The notes: generated by a model not told the origin, from the letters alone. A DNA stretch of 46,530 nt from Clostridia bacterium (GCA_017441125.1 JAFSAH010000061.1:1-46530), one strand, 5' to 3'. Numbered from the stretch's first letter, positions 17,051 to 26,665 are shown. Numbers and translations are program-made.

Positions 17051-18334
17051 ATGGCGACTATTACTTCCATTGAGAAAAACAGTCCGTTTTACGGCAAATT
17101 AAAATCAGGGGATATTCTCCTTTCAATAAACGGTATTAAAATTCACGATATTTTGGATTATATGTACTGTGCAGCAGATGAAAAACTCACCTTTACGGTA
17201 GATCGACAGGGTGAGACGGTTTCGTGTACCGCAAAATGCAACGGCTATACAGGTGTGAATTTTGATACTTATCTCATGGATAAAGAGCGTTCATGTAAAA
17301 ATAAATGTATTTTTTGCTTTATCGACCAGCTTCCCAAAGGAATGAGAAGCACGGTTTATTATAAAGATGATGATTTCCGTCTTTCTCTGCTCTACGGCAA
17401 TTATGTAACTTTGACAAATGCCACCGAAGAAGATATTGACAGGATAATCAGGCTGAAAATTTCTCCGCTGAACGTTTCGGTACATACTACCAATGACGAG
17501 TTGCGTGTGAAAATGATGAAAAACCCCAATGCGAAGGGGATTATGCCCCTTTTGCGAAAGCTTACCGACGCGGGAATAAATCTGCGATGTCAGATAGTTC
17601 TTTGTAAAGGCTGGAACGACGGGGAAGAGCTGTTGAGGACAATGAACGATCTCAGCTCACTTTATCCGAACGTTTCAAGTGTTTCTATCGTTCCTCTCGG
17701 AATGACGGGACACCGTGAAGGACTTTGCAAGCTGGAGCTTTTCAGCAAAGAGGAATGTTCATGTGTCATTGATACGGTTTCCGCTTTTGGAGATAAATGC
17801 GTCGAAGAATTCGGCACAAGACTGTTCTATGAGTCCGATGAGTTTTATATAAAATCCGAAAGAGAATTGCCCGAAAGTGATTATTACGAAGAGTTCGAGC
17901 AGATAGAAAACGGCGTTGGTATTACTTCGCTGTTTATTGAGGATTTCCTTTACGCAATTGACGAGCTTCCCGAAAAAAACGGTTCTGCGGAGGTTTCTTG
18001 GGTTACGAGCAAGAGCATGGAAAATATTATTCCGTCGCTGATAAATAAGGTTAATGAAAAGCTCCCGAATCTTAAGATAAATCTTTACCCCATAGCAAAT
18101 AAATTTTTCGGTGAGACAATAACGGTTACGGGCCTTGTTACGGGCGGGGACATTATTTCTCAACTGAAAGATAAGCCTCTCGGTAAAAAATTGATAATCC
18201 CGAAGGTCATGCTCCGTGACGACGTATTCCTTGACGATGTTTCAGTTTCCGATATTGAAAAGGAATTAAATACCGAAGCTGTTATTTTGGAAGAGCCTTG
18301 CGATATAGTTGACTTTTTTGAAAGTCTGATTTGA
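17051..18334 (+). CDS. DUF512-type radical SAM protein with N-terminal PDZ domain
   Basis: ATG at 17051 lies after GAGG. It has a PDZ-like N-terminus (GDILLSINGIKI) and a CxxxCxxC motif (CKNKCIFC). It sits in the position upstream of der that is usual in Clostridia. Confidence 0.8.
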   Translation: MATITSIEKNSPFYGKLKSGDILLSINGIKIHDILDYMYCAADEKLTFTVDRQGETVSCTAKCNGYTGVNFDTYLMDKERSCKNKCIFCFIDQLPKGMRSTVYYKDDDFRLSLLYGNYVTLTNATEEDIDRIIRLKISPLNVSVHTTNDELRVKMMKNPNAKGIMPLLRKLTDAGINLRCQIVLCKGWNDGEELLRTMNDLSSLYPNVSSVSIVPLGMTGHREGLCKLELFSKEECSCVIDTVSAFGDKCVEEFGTRLFYESDEFYIKSERELPESDYYEEFEQIENGVGITSLFIEDFLYAIDELPEKNGSAEVSWVTSKSMENIIPSLINKVNEKLPNLKINLYPIANKFFGETITVTGLVTGGDIISQLKDKPLGKKLIIPKVMLRDDVFLDDVSVSDIEKELNTEAVILEEPCDIVDFFESLI

Positions 18335-18379
18335 AATAAAGTATTTGTACCGCTTTAGAGCGGTAGAATGGAGATTATT

Positions 18380-19711
18380 ATGGCACTACCTGTTGTTGCT
18401 GTCGTTGGACGTCCCAACGTCGGCAAAAGTACACTTTTTAATAAAATAGTGGGACAGCGTCTTTCAATAGTTGAAGACACTCCCGGTGTTACAAGAGATA
18501 GAATTTACTACGATACAGAATGGCGCGGTCAGGCGTTTACTCTCGTTGATACCGGTGGTATAGAACCCCGTTCGGAGGACGTCGTTCTTTCCCAGATGCG
18601 CCGTCAGGCTGAAATTGCAATCGAAAAAGCCGATGTTGTTCTTATGATGACTGACATAAAGACCGGTATGACTGCAACAGACGCCGAGGTTGCGCAGATG
18701 CTTCTTAAAGCAAATAAAGAAATTATTCTTTGCGTAAATAAGGTTGACAGGCCCGGAGATCCGCCACCGGAGCTCTATGAGTTCTACAATCTAGGTCTCG
18801 GAGATCCGTACCCGATTTCTTCAACTCACGGTCTAGGTCTCGGCGAGCTTCTTGATGCTGTTTACGAAAAGATTCAGCACGTGGAGGTTCAACCCGAATA
18901 CGAGGATGCTATCAAGGTTGCGTTGATCGGTAAGCCCAACGTGGGTAAAAGCTCCCTTGTTAACTGCATTCTCGGAGAAAATCGACTTATCGTTTCGGAT
19001 ATTCCCGGAACCACCCGTGACGCAGTGGACTCCCTCAAGGAAAACGAACACGGTAAGTATGTATTTATTGATACGGCAGGTCTCCGCAAAAAGAATAGAG
19101 TAACTGAAATAATTGAGCGTTACAGCGTTGTTCGTTCTTACATGGCGGTTGACAGAGCCGACGTCGTTCTTATTATGATCGATGCAAATGAGGGCGTTAC
19201 GGAGCAGGATACAAAGATCGCAGGTTTTGCTCATGAAAAAGGCAAGGCTTCCATTATTGTAGTCAACAAATGGGACGCTGTTGAAAAAGATGATAAGACG
19301 ATGGATAAAATGCGTGAAAGAATCGCTGAAGACCTCAAATTTATGTCTTATGCGCCCATTGTTTTCATTTCCGCAAAAACAGGACAGCGTGTGGAAAAGC
19401 TGTATGAAATGATCAATTTCGTTGCTGATCAGCATTCCAGAAGAATCTCAACAGGTGTTCTTAACGATATGCTCAACGACGCAACTTCAAAGGTTCAGCC
19501 TCCCACAGATAAGGGCAAGAGACTTAAGCTTCTTTATATGACCCAACCTGCTGTTAAACCCCCAACCTTTGTTATTTTTGTAAATGATAAAGAGCTTTTC
19601 CATTTCTCATATCAAAGATATATTGAAAATTGTATCAGAAATACTTTTGGTCTTACGGGAACTCCCATTCATATCGTTTCCCGTGAAAAAGGCGAAAATC
19701 TTGATTTATAA
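18380..19711 (+). CDS. der: Ribosome biogenesis GTPase Der (EngA)
   Basis: Two tandem G domains (GRPNVGKST...DTGG and GKPNVGKSS...DTAG...NKWD) plus a KH-like C-terminus. ATG at 18380 lies 6 nt after GGAG. Confidence 0.97.
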   Translation: MALPVVAVVGRPNVGKSTLFNKIVGQRLSIVEDTPGVTRDRIYYDTEWRGQAFTLVDTGGIEPRSEDVVLSQMRRQAEIAIEKADVVLMMTDIKTGMTATDAEVAQMLLKANKEIILCVNKVDRPGDPPPELYEFYNLGLGDPYPISSTHGLGLGELLDAVYEKIQHVEVQPEYEDAIKVALIGKPNVGKSSLVNCILGENRLIVSDIPGTTRDAVDSLKENEHGKYVFIDTAGLRKKNRVTEIIERYSVVRSYMAVDRADVVLIMIDANEGVTEQDTKIAGFAHEKGKASIIVVNKWDAVEKDDKTMDKMRERIAEDLKFMSYAPIVFISAKTGQRVEKLYEMINFVADQHSRRISTGVLNDMLNDATSKVQPPTDKGKRLKLLYMTQPAVKPPTFVIFVNDKELFHFSYQRYIENCIRNTFGLTGTPIHIVSREKGENLDL

Positions 19712-19737
19712 CTCTATCAAGAAAGGACTCGGTGTAT

Positions 19738-20379
19738 ATGGTTCAAATTATAATTCTTTTGGCAATCGGCTATTTATTAGGAAGCATAAATTTTTCAGTC
19801 CTTGTGACAAAGTATATCGGAAAAATTGATATCAGAGCTCACGGTAGCGGAAATGCGGGCGGCACGAACGTTGCGCGCGTTATGGGCGCCAAGTGGGGCA
19901 TTACGGTCATGGCGTTAGAGATACTAAAAGGTGTGGTTCTCGGTTTTATCGCGCGGTATGCATGGCCCGTAGATCCCTTTCTTCTCGGAGAATTAGGCCC
20001 TCAGATAACGGGTGCTATCGCTGTAATCGGTGTTATGTTCGGCAATATGTATCCCTGCTTTCATGACTTCAAGGGAGGTAAGGGTGTTACCACTTTAGGC
20101 GCTTTGGGAATAGTTGTGGATTGGCGTATTTTCCTGGCTCTTTTTGCTCTTTTCCTTACGATCTTTTTCATTACTAAAATCGTTTCAATTTCATCTATTA
20201 TAGTTTCTGTCTGTGTTCCCATTACTATGGCTATAGTTTATATGAAATATGAATATTGGTGGGTATTGTGCTTGGTATGCGCTGTTGATACCGTGATGCT
20301 TATTTTAAGACATCGAAGCAATATAGTAAGACTTATAAACGGCACTGAAAATAAATTCAATTTGGGCAAGAAAAAATGA
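19738..20379 (+). CDS. plsY: Glycerol-3-phosphate acyltransferase PlsY
   Basis: About 213 aa polytopic protein with GYLLGSINFS and HGSGNAGGTNV motifs. GTG at 19732 is an alternative start. Confidence 0.92.
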   Translation: MVQIIILLAIGYLLGSINFSVLVTKYIGKIDIRAHGSGNAGGTNVARVMGAKWGITVMALEILKGVVLGFIARYAWPVDPFLLGELGPQITGAIAVIGVMFGNMYPCFHDFKGGKGVTTLGALGIVVDWRIFLALFALFLTIFFITKIVSISSIIVSVCVPITMAIVYMKYEYWWVLCLVCAVDTVMLILRHRSNIVRLINGTENKFNLGKKK

Positions 20380-20397
20380 TATAAAGGGGTAAGAGAA

Positions 20398-21054
20398 ATG
20401 ACTTACAAAGAAAGTTTTATCAAATTTATGGAAGAATGCGGAGTTCTTACTTTTGGAAGTTTTACTTTGAAAAGCGGAAGACAGGCTCCTTACTTTATTA
20501 ATGCCGGCAACTATAACACAGGCTCTCAGCTTGCACGTCTCGGTGAATTCTACGCTGACTGCATTAAGGAAAACAATATTGAAGCAGAAACACTTTTCGG
20601 ACCTGCGTATAAGGGTATTCCTCTTGCGGCTACAGCGGCGGCTGCTCTCTATAACAAATACGGTATTGACCTTAATTATGCGTTTGACAGAAAAGAAGCC
20701 AAAGATCACGGTGAGGGCGGACTTATAGTTGGTAAACAGCTTAAGGACGGCGAAAAGATCGTTATTATTGAGGATGTGATGACTTCAGGTAAGGCTCTTC
20801 GTGAGGTTCTTCCCAAGCTCAAGGCTGAAGCAAACGTAGATGTTTCTTCAATGGTTATTCAGGTTGACCGTATGGAAAGAGGTCTTACAAGCGAGCTTTC
20901 CGCAGTGGAAGAGGTTAAGCGTGATTTCGGTGTTACGGTATATCCCATCGTAACAATTCTTGATATTATTGCCGCAGCCGAAAGCGGGCTTATCAAGGGC
21001 AAAGAATATGTTCCCGCAATGCTTGAATACAGAGCGCAGTACGGAACAAAATAA
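20398..21054 (+). CDS. pyrE: Orotate phosphoribosyltransferase
   Basis: 218 aa; AAAGGGG RBS; PRPP-binding loop VIIEDVMTSGKAL; FTLKSGRQAPYF N-terminal motif. Confidence 0.93.
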   Translation: MTYKESFIKFMEECGVLTFGSFTLKSGRQAPYFINAGNYNTGSQLARLGEFYADCIKENNIEAETLFGPAYKGIPLAATAAAALYNKYGIDLNYAFDRKEAKDHGEGGLIVGKQLKDGEKIVIIEDVMTSGKALREVLPKLKAEANVDVSSMVIQVDRMERGLTSELSAVEEVKRDFGVTVYPIVTILDIIAAAESGLIKGKEYVPAMLEYRAQYGTK

Positions 21055-21081
21055 TTTTTAAAAAAATCAAAAATTAAAATG

Positions 21082-21117
21082 AGTAGACAGTTTGCATGAT
21101 TGTCTACTTGCTTTTTT
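21082..21117 (+). terminator. Rho-independent terminator after pyrE
   Basis: AGTAGACA / TGTCTACT forms an 8-bp stem with an 11-nt loop, followed by TGCTTTTTT. Confidence 0.7.
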
Positions 21118-21148
21118 ATATATAAAAAAACTATTTTTCGTTAAAGAC

Positions 21149-21176
21149 TTGATTTTTTTGAATTATGTGGTATAAT
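21149..21176 (+). promoter_or_regulatory. Sigma-A promoter for the NUDIX gene (-35 TTGATT, 16-nt spacer, extended -10 TGGTATAAT)
   Basis: TTGATT at 21149-21154 and TATAAT at 21171-21176. The ORF-track ATG at 21165 lies inside this promoter, so it is unlikely to be the start. Confidence 0.6.
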
Positions 21177-21209
21177 GTATGTGTATACTTTGGTAAAGGA
21201 GAATGTTCC

Positions 21210-21686
21210 GTGTCTCACTCATTGGTTGCAGAAATGACGACTATGATAATGGTTTATAACAAAAAAACCGATGAAGTACTTGTTATTGACCGTTTGAAAA
21301 AATATCCCGGATTGAGTTTTCCCGGCGGTCATGCAGAAAAAGGCGAAAGCTTTTACGAATGTGCCGTTCGTGAGGTCAAAGAGGAGACAGGCTTGGACGT
21401 TTCCGAGCTTGAACCCTGCGGTATGATAGATTGGTGCAAAACAGACGGTAGCGGAAGATACGTGGAATTCCTTTATAAAACCTCCGTTTTCAGCGGAACG
21501 CTTTGCGATGGTACTGATGAGGGCAATATTTTCTGGTTGCCAAAGTCTGAATTGTATAAAAGAAAGTTGTCCCCCAACTTTGCAGAATATCTCCCCGTAT
21601 TTTTTTTCGGAAAAATATACGGAAGCGTTAGGCGAATGGACCGAGGACGACAGCTTTACGGGCATAAAGTATTTTTCATAAATTGA
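21210..21686 (+). CDS. NUDIX hydrolase (MutT-like); the C-terminal 27 codons may be out of frame after a T8 run
   Basis: GTG at 21210 lies 8 nt after AAGGAG. NUDIX box GGHAEKGESFYECAVREVKEETGL. See the finding on 21600-21607. Confidence 0.8.
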   Translation: MSHSLVAEMTTMIMVYNKKTDEVLVIDRLKKYPGLSFPGGHAEKGESFYECAVREVKEETGLDVSELEPCGMIDWCKTDGSGRYVEFLYKTSVFSGTLCDGTDEGNIFWLPKSELYKRKLSPNFAEYLPVFFFGKIYGSVRRMDRGRQLYGHKVFFIN

Positions 21687-21737
21687 AAATATTCCGAATA
21701 ATCTTTATTGAATAGATTTTATCGGAGTGTGGGATAT

Positions 21738-21992
21738 TTGAAAAACAGAAGAAACAGAACTCAAAATTTGCAGCTTCCGACCGTTCCTCAAATAGAATTT
21801 TACGGCAGAGATCAGGTCGTCGTTGAAGAGTGTCATGGAGTTACCATAGCGGAGTATGATACCGAAACGATAAAGCTTTTGGCAGGCAGTCAGATAATCA
21901 GATTTTACGGAAAGGACCTTAATCTGAAAAATCTTACACCTCAATCTGTAAGAATCATCGGAAAAGTCTCATCCCTTGAATTTGAGGAGTGA
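21738..21992 (+). CDS. yqfC: Sporulation protein YqfC (YabP/YqfC family)
   Basis: Small protein with a basic N-terminus followed by a beta-rich region, immediately upstream of yqfD-phoH-ybeY as in Bacillus. The start is uncertain (TTG 21708 or TTG 21738, the latter 10 nt after GGAG). Confidence 0.72.
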   Translation: MKNRRNRTQNLQLPTVPQIEFYGRDQVVVEECHGVTIAEYDTETIKLLAGSQIIRFYGKDLNLKNLTPQSVRIIGKVSSLEFEE

Positions 21993-21998
21993 TATGTC

Positions 21999-23210
21999 AT
22001 GGCTAAAAATATTGGCGAAATAGGCGATTACATTGTAGGCTGGCGCGAGGTTGACGTTGTCGGATATTATGTTGAGGAATTTTTGAATCTGATCAAAGAC
22101 GAGCACGTGGAGCTTTGGGATGTTCTGAAAACAGACCAATGTCATGTCTCATTCAAAGTGCACTCCTTTGCAACGGAAAAGCTTTTGGAATTGGCTGAAA
22201 GCAAACAGAGCCTGCGTGAAATGGAGGTTACCGTCGGGGAGACCAACGGATTGATCGAGGATATATTAAAATACAAATTAAGGTCGGGCTTGTTTGTAGG
22301 GTTTGTGTTTTTTGCGGTAATGCTGGTGGTTATGACTTCTTTCATTTGGAAGATCGAAATACTCGGCTTGACCTCCTTAACGGAAGAAGTTCTTTTGAAA
22401 TCCCTTGAAAACAACGGAATTTTTATCGGAGCAATGACTTCGGGGCATGACTTTCAACAAATTAAATATAATATTATTCAAGAGTTTGACAGTATTGCCT
22501 ATATCACAGTTAATATACAAGGCTGTAAGGCAGTTGTTGAAGTTGATGAAAGCGTTATTCCACCGGAGGTATCAGAGAAAACCCCGTGCAATATTTATGC
22601 GAAAACAGACGGTCAGATTTTGCTGATAGAGGCCTATAAGGGAGCGCCGCAGGTTGAAAAATACGAGGCAGTCAAAAAGGGGCAACTTCTCGTGGGCGGT
22701 ATTTACAACAGTAAGGTTATAGGCTACAGGCTCGTTCACTCCGATGCAAAAATACTTGCCCGAACAAGAAGGACCTATACGGAGTTTTGCCCGTATGAAA
22801 CCACCGAGCTTGTTGAAACAGGGCAAAAAGACGTTTTTTATCAACTGAAAATATTCGGATTGAGTATAAATTTATCTTTTTTTAATAAAATAAATTATGT
22901 TTTTTATGAATCAATTTCAGAGGAAACAGAACTGTGTCTGGGCAAAAATACAGTCTTGCCGATTTCCATAGTAAAAACAGAGCTTTGCGAGCAGGTGGAA
23001 AGAACGGTGACCTTTGATGAGGAGTCTGCCAAAAAGAAGATTTCCGAAGCCTTTGATGAAAAAATCAGAATAGACCTTCACGGCATTGAGATTGAAGAAA
23101 AAGAAGAGCTGTTTACCGTTACGGACGAGGGTATTTACGGTGTTTTGGACTTGACCGTCATAGAAGACATCTGCGAGGTACGGGAAATAGAAGTTGAAAT
23201 AACAGATTGA
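21999..23210 (+). CDS. yqfD: Sporulation protein YqfD (stage IV sporulation family)
   Basis: 403 aa; a single TM helix near residues 96-117 followed by KIEILGL; conserved synteny. Confidence 0.8.
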   Translation: MAKNIGEIGDYIVGWREVDVVGYYVEEFLNLIKDEHVELWDVLKTDQCHVSFKVHSFATEKLLELAESKQSLREMEVTVGETNGLIEDILKYKLRSGLFVGFVFFAVMLVVMTSFIWKIEILGLTSLTEEVLLKSLENNGIFIGAMTSGHDFQQIKYNIIQEFDSIAYITVNIQGCKAVVEVDESVIPPEVSEKTPCNIYAKTDGQILLIEAYKGAPQVEKYEAVKKGQLLVGGIYNSKVIGYRLVHSDAKILARTRRTYTEFCPYETTELVETGQKDVFYQLKIFGLSINLSFFNKINYVFYESISEETELCLGKNTVLPISIVKTELCEQVERTVTFDEESAKKKISEAFDEKIRIDLHGIEIEEKEELFTVTDEGIYGVLDLTVIEDICEVREIEVEITD

Positions 23211-23237
23211 TATTTAATAATAAGGACTGATAAAAAA

Positions 23238-24248
23238 ATGGATGAATTCCTTGAGCTTGACAATATACAAATTGCAGGTAACGTATTCGGGAGTTTTGAT
23301 GAAAATGTAAAAATCATTGAGAAAGAGTGTAACGTTGATATTACCACAAGAGATTCGGGTATAAAGATCAGCGGAAGCATGGAGTCCGTTGAAAAAGCCA
23401 AAAGGGTTCTTCGCGCTCTTCTCGATATGGCCCGTCGCGGGGATAACGTTACCGTTCAGAACGTAAGCTACGTTATTTCTATGGTTGAGGAAGGCAACGA
23501 GCAGCTGCTTGCGGAGCTCGGCGCGGATAATATCTGCATTACCGCAAAGGGCAGACCTATAAAACCCAAAACTCTCGGTCAAAAGGAATACGTAAAGGCG
23601 ATTGCTTCAAATACCATAACTTTGGGCATTGGCCCTGCAGGTACGGGTAAAACGTATCTTGCCGTCGCTATGGCTGTTACCGCTTTGAGAAATAAGCAAA
23701 TAAGCAGGATAATCCTTACCCGTCCGGCTGTTGAAGCAGGGGAAAAATTGGGCTTTCTTCCCGGTGACCTTCAGAATAAGGTTGACCCATACCTTCGTCC
23801 TCTTAATGACGCTCTTTTCGATATGCTGGGTACGGAAACTTATCACAGATACGTTGAGAAAAATGTTATTGAAATTGCGCCTCTTGCGTATATGCGAGGA
23901 AGAACTCTTGATGACAGTTTTATTATTCTTGATGAAGCACAGAATACCACGAGCGAACAGATGAAAATGTTCCTTACGCGTCTTGGTTTCAATTCAAAGG
24001 CGATCATCACGGGGGATATAACACAGATAGACCTTCCGAACGATAAGAAAAGCGGTTTGAAAGAGGCTATGAAGATCCTTAAGGATATAGAGGATATTTC
24101 AATTTGTCAGCTTACTTTCCGAGACGTTGTAAGACATCAGCTTGTTCAGAAAATCATTCAGGCGTATGAGAAATATGATATAAAACGCGCTGAAGAGAAA
24201 AAGCTGAACAGCGAAAAGACGTATAAAAAGTATTTTAAACCCCAATAA
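23238..24248 (+). CDS. phoH: PhoH-like ATPase
   Basis: 336 aa; Walker A GPAGTGKTYLA; Walker B FIILDEAQN; ITGDITQIDLP. Confidence 0.93.
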   Translation: MDEFLELDNIQIAGNVFGSFDENVKIIEKECNVDITTRDSGIKISGSMESVEKAKRVLRALLDMARRGDNVTVQNVSYVISMVEEGNEQLLAELGADNICITAKGRPIKPKTLGQKEYVKAIASNTITLGIGPAGTGKTYLAVAMAVTALRNKQISRIILTRPAVEAGEKLGFLPGDLQNKVDPYLRPLNDALFDMLGTETYHRYVEKNVIEIAPLAYMRGRTLDDSFIILDEAQNTTSEQMKMFLTRLGFNSKAIITGDITQIDLPNDKKSGLKEAMKILKDIEDISICQLTFRDVVRHQLVQKIIQAYEKYDIKRAEEKKLNSEKTYKKYFKPQ

Positions 24249-24263
24249 GAAAGGACAGATCTC

Positions 24264-24740
24264 ATGGAAGTTACCGTAAATTTAATAAACGCACAGCGTA
24301 AGGTAAAAATAGATGATGCCATAAAGGCGTCTTTCAAAAAATCCGCAGAAGCGGTTTTGGTTCATGAAGAAATAGATTTTCCCTGCGAAATTGACGTTAA
24401 GCTTGTTTCTGATAAGGCCATAAGAGAGCTTAACAGAGATTTCCGTGAGGTCGATGCTCCGACAGACGTCCTTTCTTTTCCGTCCGGAGAGCTCGACGAT
24501 TATGACGAGGAAATGGGCTTTCCCTGCTTCCTCGGTGATATAGCTCTTTCTCTTGAATTTGCAAAACGTCAATGCGAGGAGCGTGACGGCGCAGATGCTT
24601 CGCTTCTCAGAGAAATAACTCTTCTTACGGTTCATTCCGTGTTGCATCTTCTCGGTTATGACCATGCGGAGGATGATGAACGTGAGGAAATGTTTGCAAT
24701 TCAGGAAAAACTGACAGATAATATAATGGCTGAAAAATAA
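24264..24740 (+). CDS. ybeY: rRNA maturation endoribonuclease YbeY
   Basis: 158 aa; zinc motif HSVLHLLGYDH; TDVLSFP. Confidence 0.93.
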   Translation: MEVTVNLINAQRKVKIDDAIKASFKKSAEAVLVHEEIDFPCEIDVKLVSDKAIRELNRDFREVDAPTDVLSFPSGELDDYDEEMGFPCFLGDIALSLEFAKRQCEERDGADASLLREITLLTVHSVLHLLGYDHAEDDEREEMFAIQEKLTDNIMAEK

Positions 24741-24768
24741 CGTATAACAACAGTATCGTAATTATTGA

Positions 24769-24800
24769 GACCCCTTCTTTTCATACGAAAAGAAGGGGTC
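24769..24800. terminator. Bidirectional stem-loop between convergent ybeY and the lipoprotein gene
   Basis: GACCCCTTCTTTTC ATAC GAAAAGAAGGGGTC forms a perfect 14-bp stem with a 4-nt loop. The flanking U-tracts are weak. Confidence 0.7.
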
Positions 24801-24815
24801 TTATGAAAATTATAT

Positions 24816-26408
24816 TTATTTTAATTCTGAACCGCCCCACTCAACGACTGTAAAGCCGATCCTTTCGGGTGCGGTGAGATTTTGAGGCTCGATTTCTACA
24901 AATTTGTCAGAGCCTTGCCATGCCATGAATACTCTTATGAGAGTATCGGGAGCAGGGGAGACGGTCAATTCTGCATTGTCGGTATAAAGTTCTTTCTGGA
25001 AAGAAATGATATTGTACTCGTTGTTTTCCATTTTCGGTAACCAATAAATAATGAATTCATTGGCTTCTTTGTCAGTAAGACCGAGTTTTTTGAGTGAGTC
25101 TTCCAGGAATTTTTCCGTGTCTTCGCCATTTACGCAGAATCCCTTTTCGAGGGAATAATCTACGTTTGAAATTCCTTCCCAGAAAAGACAGTAATATTCT
25201 CTGCCATTGTAGGAAATCGTTCCGTCGGGCTCTGCAATTACTTCCCAGCCGTCATTATATTTCGGATAAGTGCTTGTGAATTTACCGTTATAGTCCAATT
25301 TTACGGAAATTTCCATAGTCTCTTCGGGATAAAGGTAAATAACGGGCTTATCCGTTGATGGGTTGTTCGGGTCTATGGAAGGCTGATCGTCGCAAATATG
25401 TTCGTCGTCAATATTGTCTTCTTCTTGACCAAAGAAGGATTTCGTAAGAACGATTGACGCTTTGAACTTATCGCTGTTTTCCACGTTCAATTCGGATTCT
25501 ACCGTAATAACATCTCCGACTTTAAGCTCGAACAAGGTATCAGTGCCTGTCAGAGTATTTGAAGTCAGGTCTAATGTTATGGACTCTGTATTTTTGTCAA
25601 CTCGGTAGGATGAAACTTCAATATTGTTGAGATAAACTTTAAATGTTTCCTCTTCCGGTCTTGATTCACTTCCCACAGAACTTAAAGAAACCGTCAAAAC
25701 TTTTTCGTCAAGGGAAAGTGAGGGGCTTGTCGGACGTAATGAAACAGATTCCTTTTCGGAAGGCAACCAACCTTCTGATGCTGAACCGTACGCTTGAACG
25801 CTTAAAGCGTAGGCACCGTCCTGTATACGAGGATTGTCTAAATTGAAGGTTTCGCCTATTCTTATGTTGGTTATGTATTCGTCTCCGTTGTATATTTTAT
25901 AACCGATTGCATTTTCCGAGTTTTGGTATACGTATAAAACCTTGTCTCCCAAGAAGGCTTTCGGCGTTGAAAGCTTTCCAATGGTCGTATTACCGCTTTG
26001 GATGTATCCCGTTTCATCGTATGCTTTGACAGAAATTTCATTTAAACCGATATTTATCTGTGTATTATTTAACGAGTACACGGTTTCCGATATTTTTTCT
26101 AAAAGAGTTCCGTTAACGTGGATTTCGTATCCCAAAGCGCCTTCAACGGGACTTATGTTTAAAATTGCATTTTCTCCTACAATTGCGGTTGTGACGGACA
26201 AACCCTCATCGAATTCCGCAGGATTGGACGGTTCAATACTTTCCGTTCCTTCGCCTGCTTCGTTGTTCGGCAGGTCAGGGAGGTCTTCGTCGGTAGTGTT
26301 TACGTAGTTTTCATTTTCTTTTTCATCGTTTCCTATTTCGGAATTGAAACAACCCGTCAGTGAAACCATTGCGGCTGCGAGCAACAACATTATAATTCGT
26401 TTTTTCAT
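24816..26408 (-). CDS. Lipoprotein with three Ig/FN3-like repeats and an uncharacterised C-terminal domain
   Basis: Lipobox MKKRIIMLLLAAAMVSLTGC. Three repeats of about 80 aa each contain GY-x-I/V-x-x-NG-like strands. The last 190 or so aa (PVIYLYPEE...VEWGG) match no motif I recognise. Confidence 0.7.
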   Translation of the reverse strand: MKKRIIMLLLAAAMVSLTGCFNSEIGNDEKENENYVNTTDEDLPDLPNNEAGEGTESIEPSNPAEFDEGLSVTTAIVGENAILNISPVEGALGYEIHVNGTLLEKISETVYSLNNTQINIGLNEISVKAYDETGYIQSGNTTIGKLSTPKAFLGDKVLYVYQNSENAIGYKIYNGDEYITNIRIGETFNLDNPRIQDGAYALSVQAYGSASEGWLPSEKESVSLRPTSPSLSLDEKVLTVSLSSVGSESRPEEETFKVYLNNIEVSSYRVDKNTESITLDLTSNTLTGTDTLFELKVGDVITVESELNVENSDKFKASIVLTKSFFGQEEDNIDDEHICDDQPSIDPNNPSTDKPVIYLYPEETMEISVKLDYNGKFTSTYPKYNDGWEVIAEPDGTISYNGREYYCLFWEGISNVDYSLEKGFCVNGEDTEKFLEDSLKKLGLTDKEANEFIIYWLPKMENNEYNIISFQKELYTDNAELTVSPAPDTLIRVFMAWQGSDKFVEIEPQNLTAPERIGFTVVEWGGSELK

Positions 26409-26455
26409 ATGAATCGTCCTTTCTTTTGTAAAATTATACCTTATGGGTCAATTTC

Positions 26456-26484
26456 ATTATAGCATAAAATAGCTTGAAAATCAA
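26456..26484 (-). promoter_or_regulatory. Sigma-A promoter for the lipoprotein gene (-35 TTGATT, 17-nt spacer, -10 TATAAT)
   Basis: On the minus strand, TTGATT is at 26479-26484 and TATAAT at 26456-26461, about 45 nt upstream of the ATG at 26408. Confidence 0.6.
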
Positions 26485-26576
26485 CGGCTTTTTAATAATT
26501 TAACACTCTTTCCAATTATTGGACTGCCAAAACGGAAAAAAGTTCCATATTAAGAGAAAATTTTCATGGTTTGGGA

Positions 26577-26605
26577 TTGTTTTTTTACGAATTTTATGCT
26601 ATAAT
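26577..26605 (+). promoter_or_regulatory. Promoter-like element on the plus strand (-35 TTGTTT, 17-nt spacer, -10 TATAAT) with no downstream plus-strand gene
   Basis: It shares a perfect 15-nt block (ATTTTATGCTATAAT, 26591-26605) in inverted orientation with the lipoprotein promoter (26456-26470). Confidence 0.4.
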
Positions 26606-26665
26606 AAAGAGGTGTATTTGAAAGGTCAAAGAAAATTTCCGTGTTTTAGCTTTTGAGGAACGGAT

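Noticed and set aside
21689-21718. A sigma-E-like promoter upstream of yqfC (ATA ... aATAgatT).
   Set aside because: The spacer is 19 nt, outside the usual 16-18 nt. The -10 matches only 5 of 7 defined positions. The implied TSS would cut into the only plausible RBS. There is not enough support to call it.
26612-26656. A 14-codon ORF (GTG YLKGQRKFPCFSF) downstream of the orphan plus-strand promoter.
   Set aside because: The start codon is part of the putative RBS itself. The peptide has no TM or signal character. I cannot distinguish it from chance.
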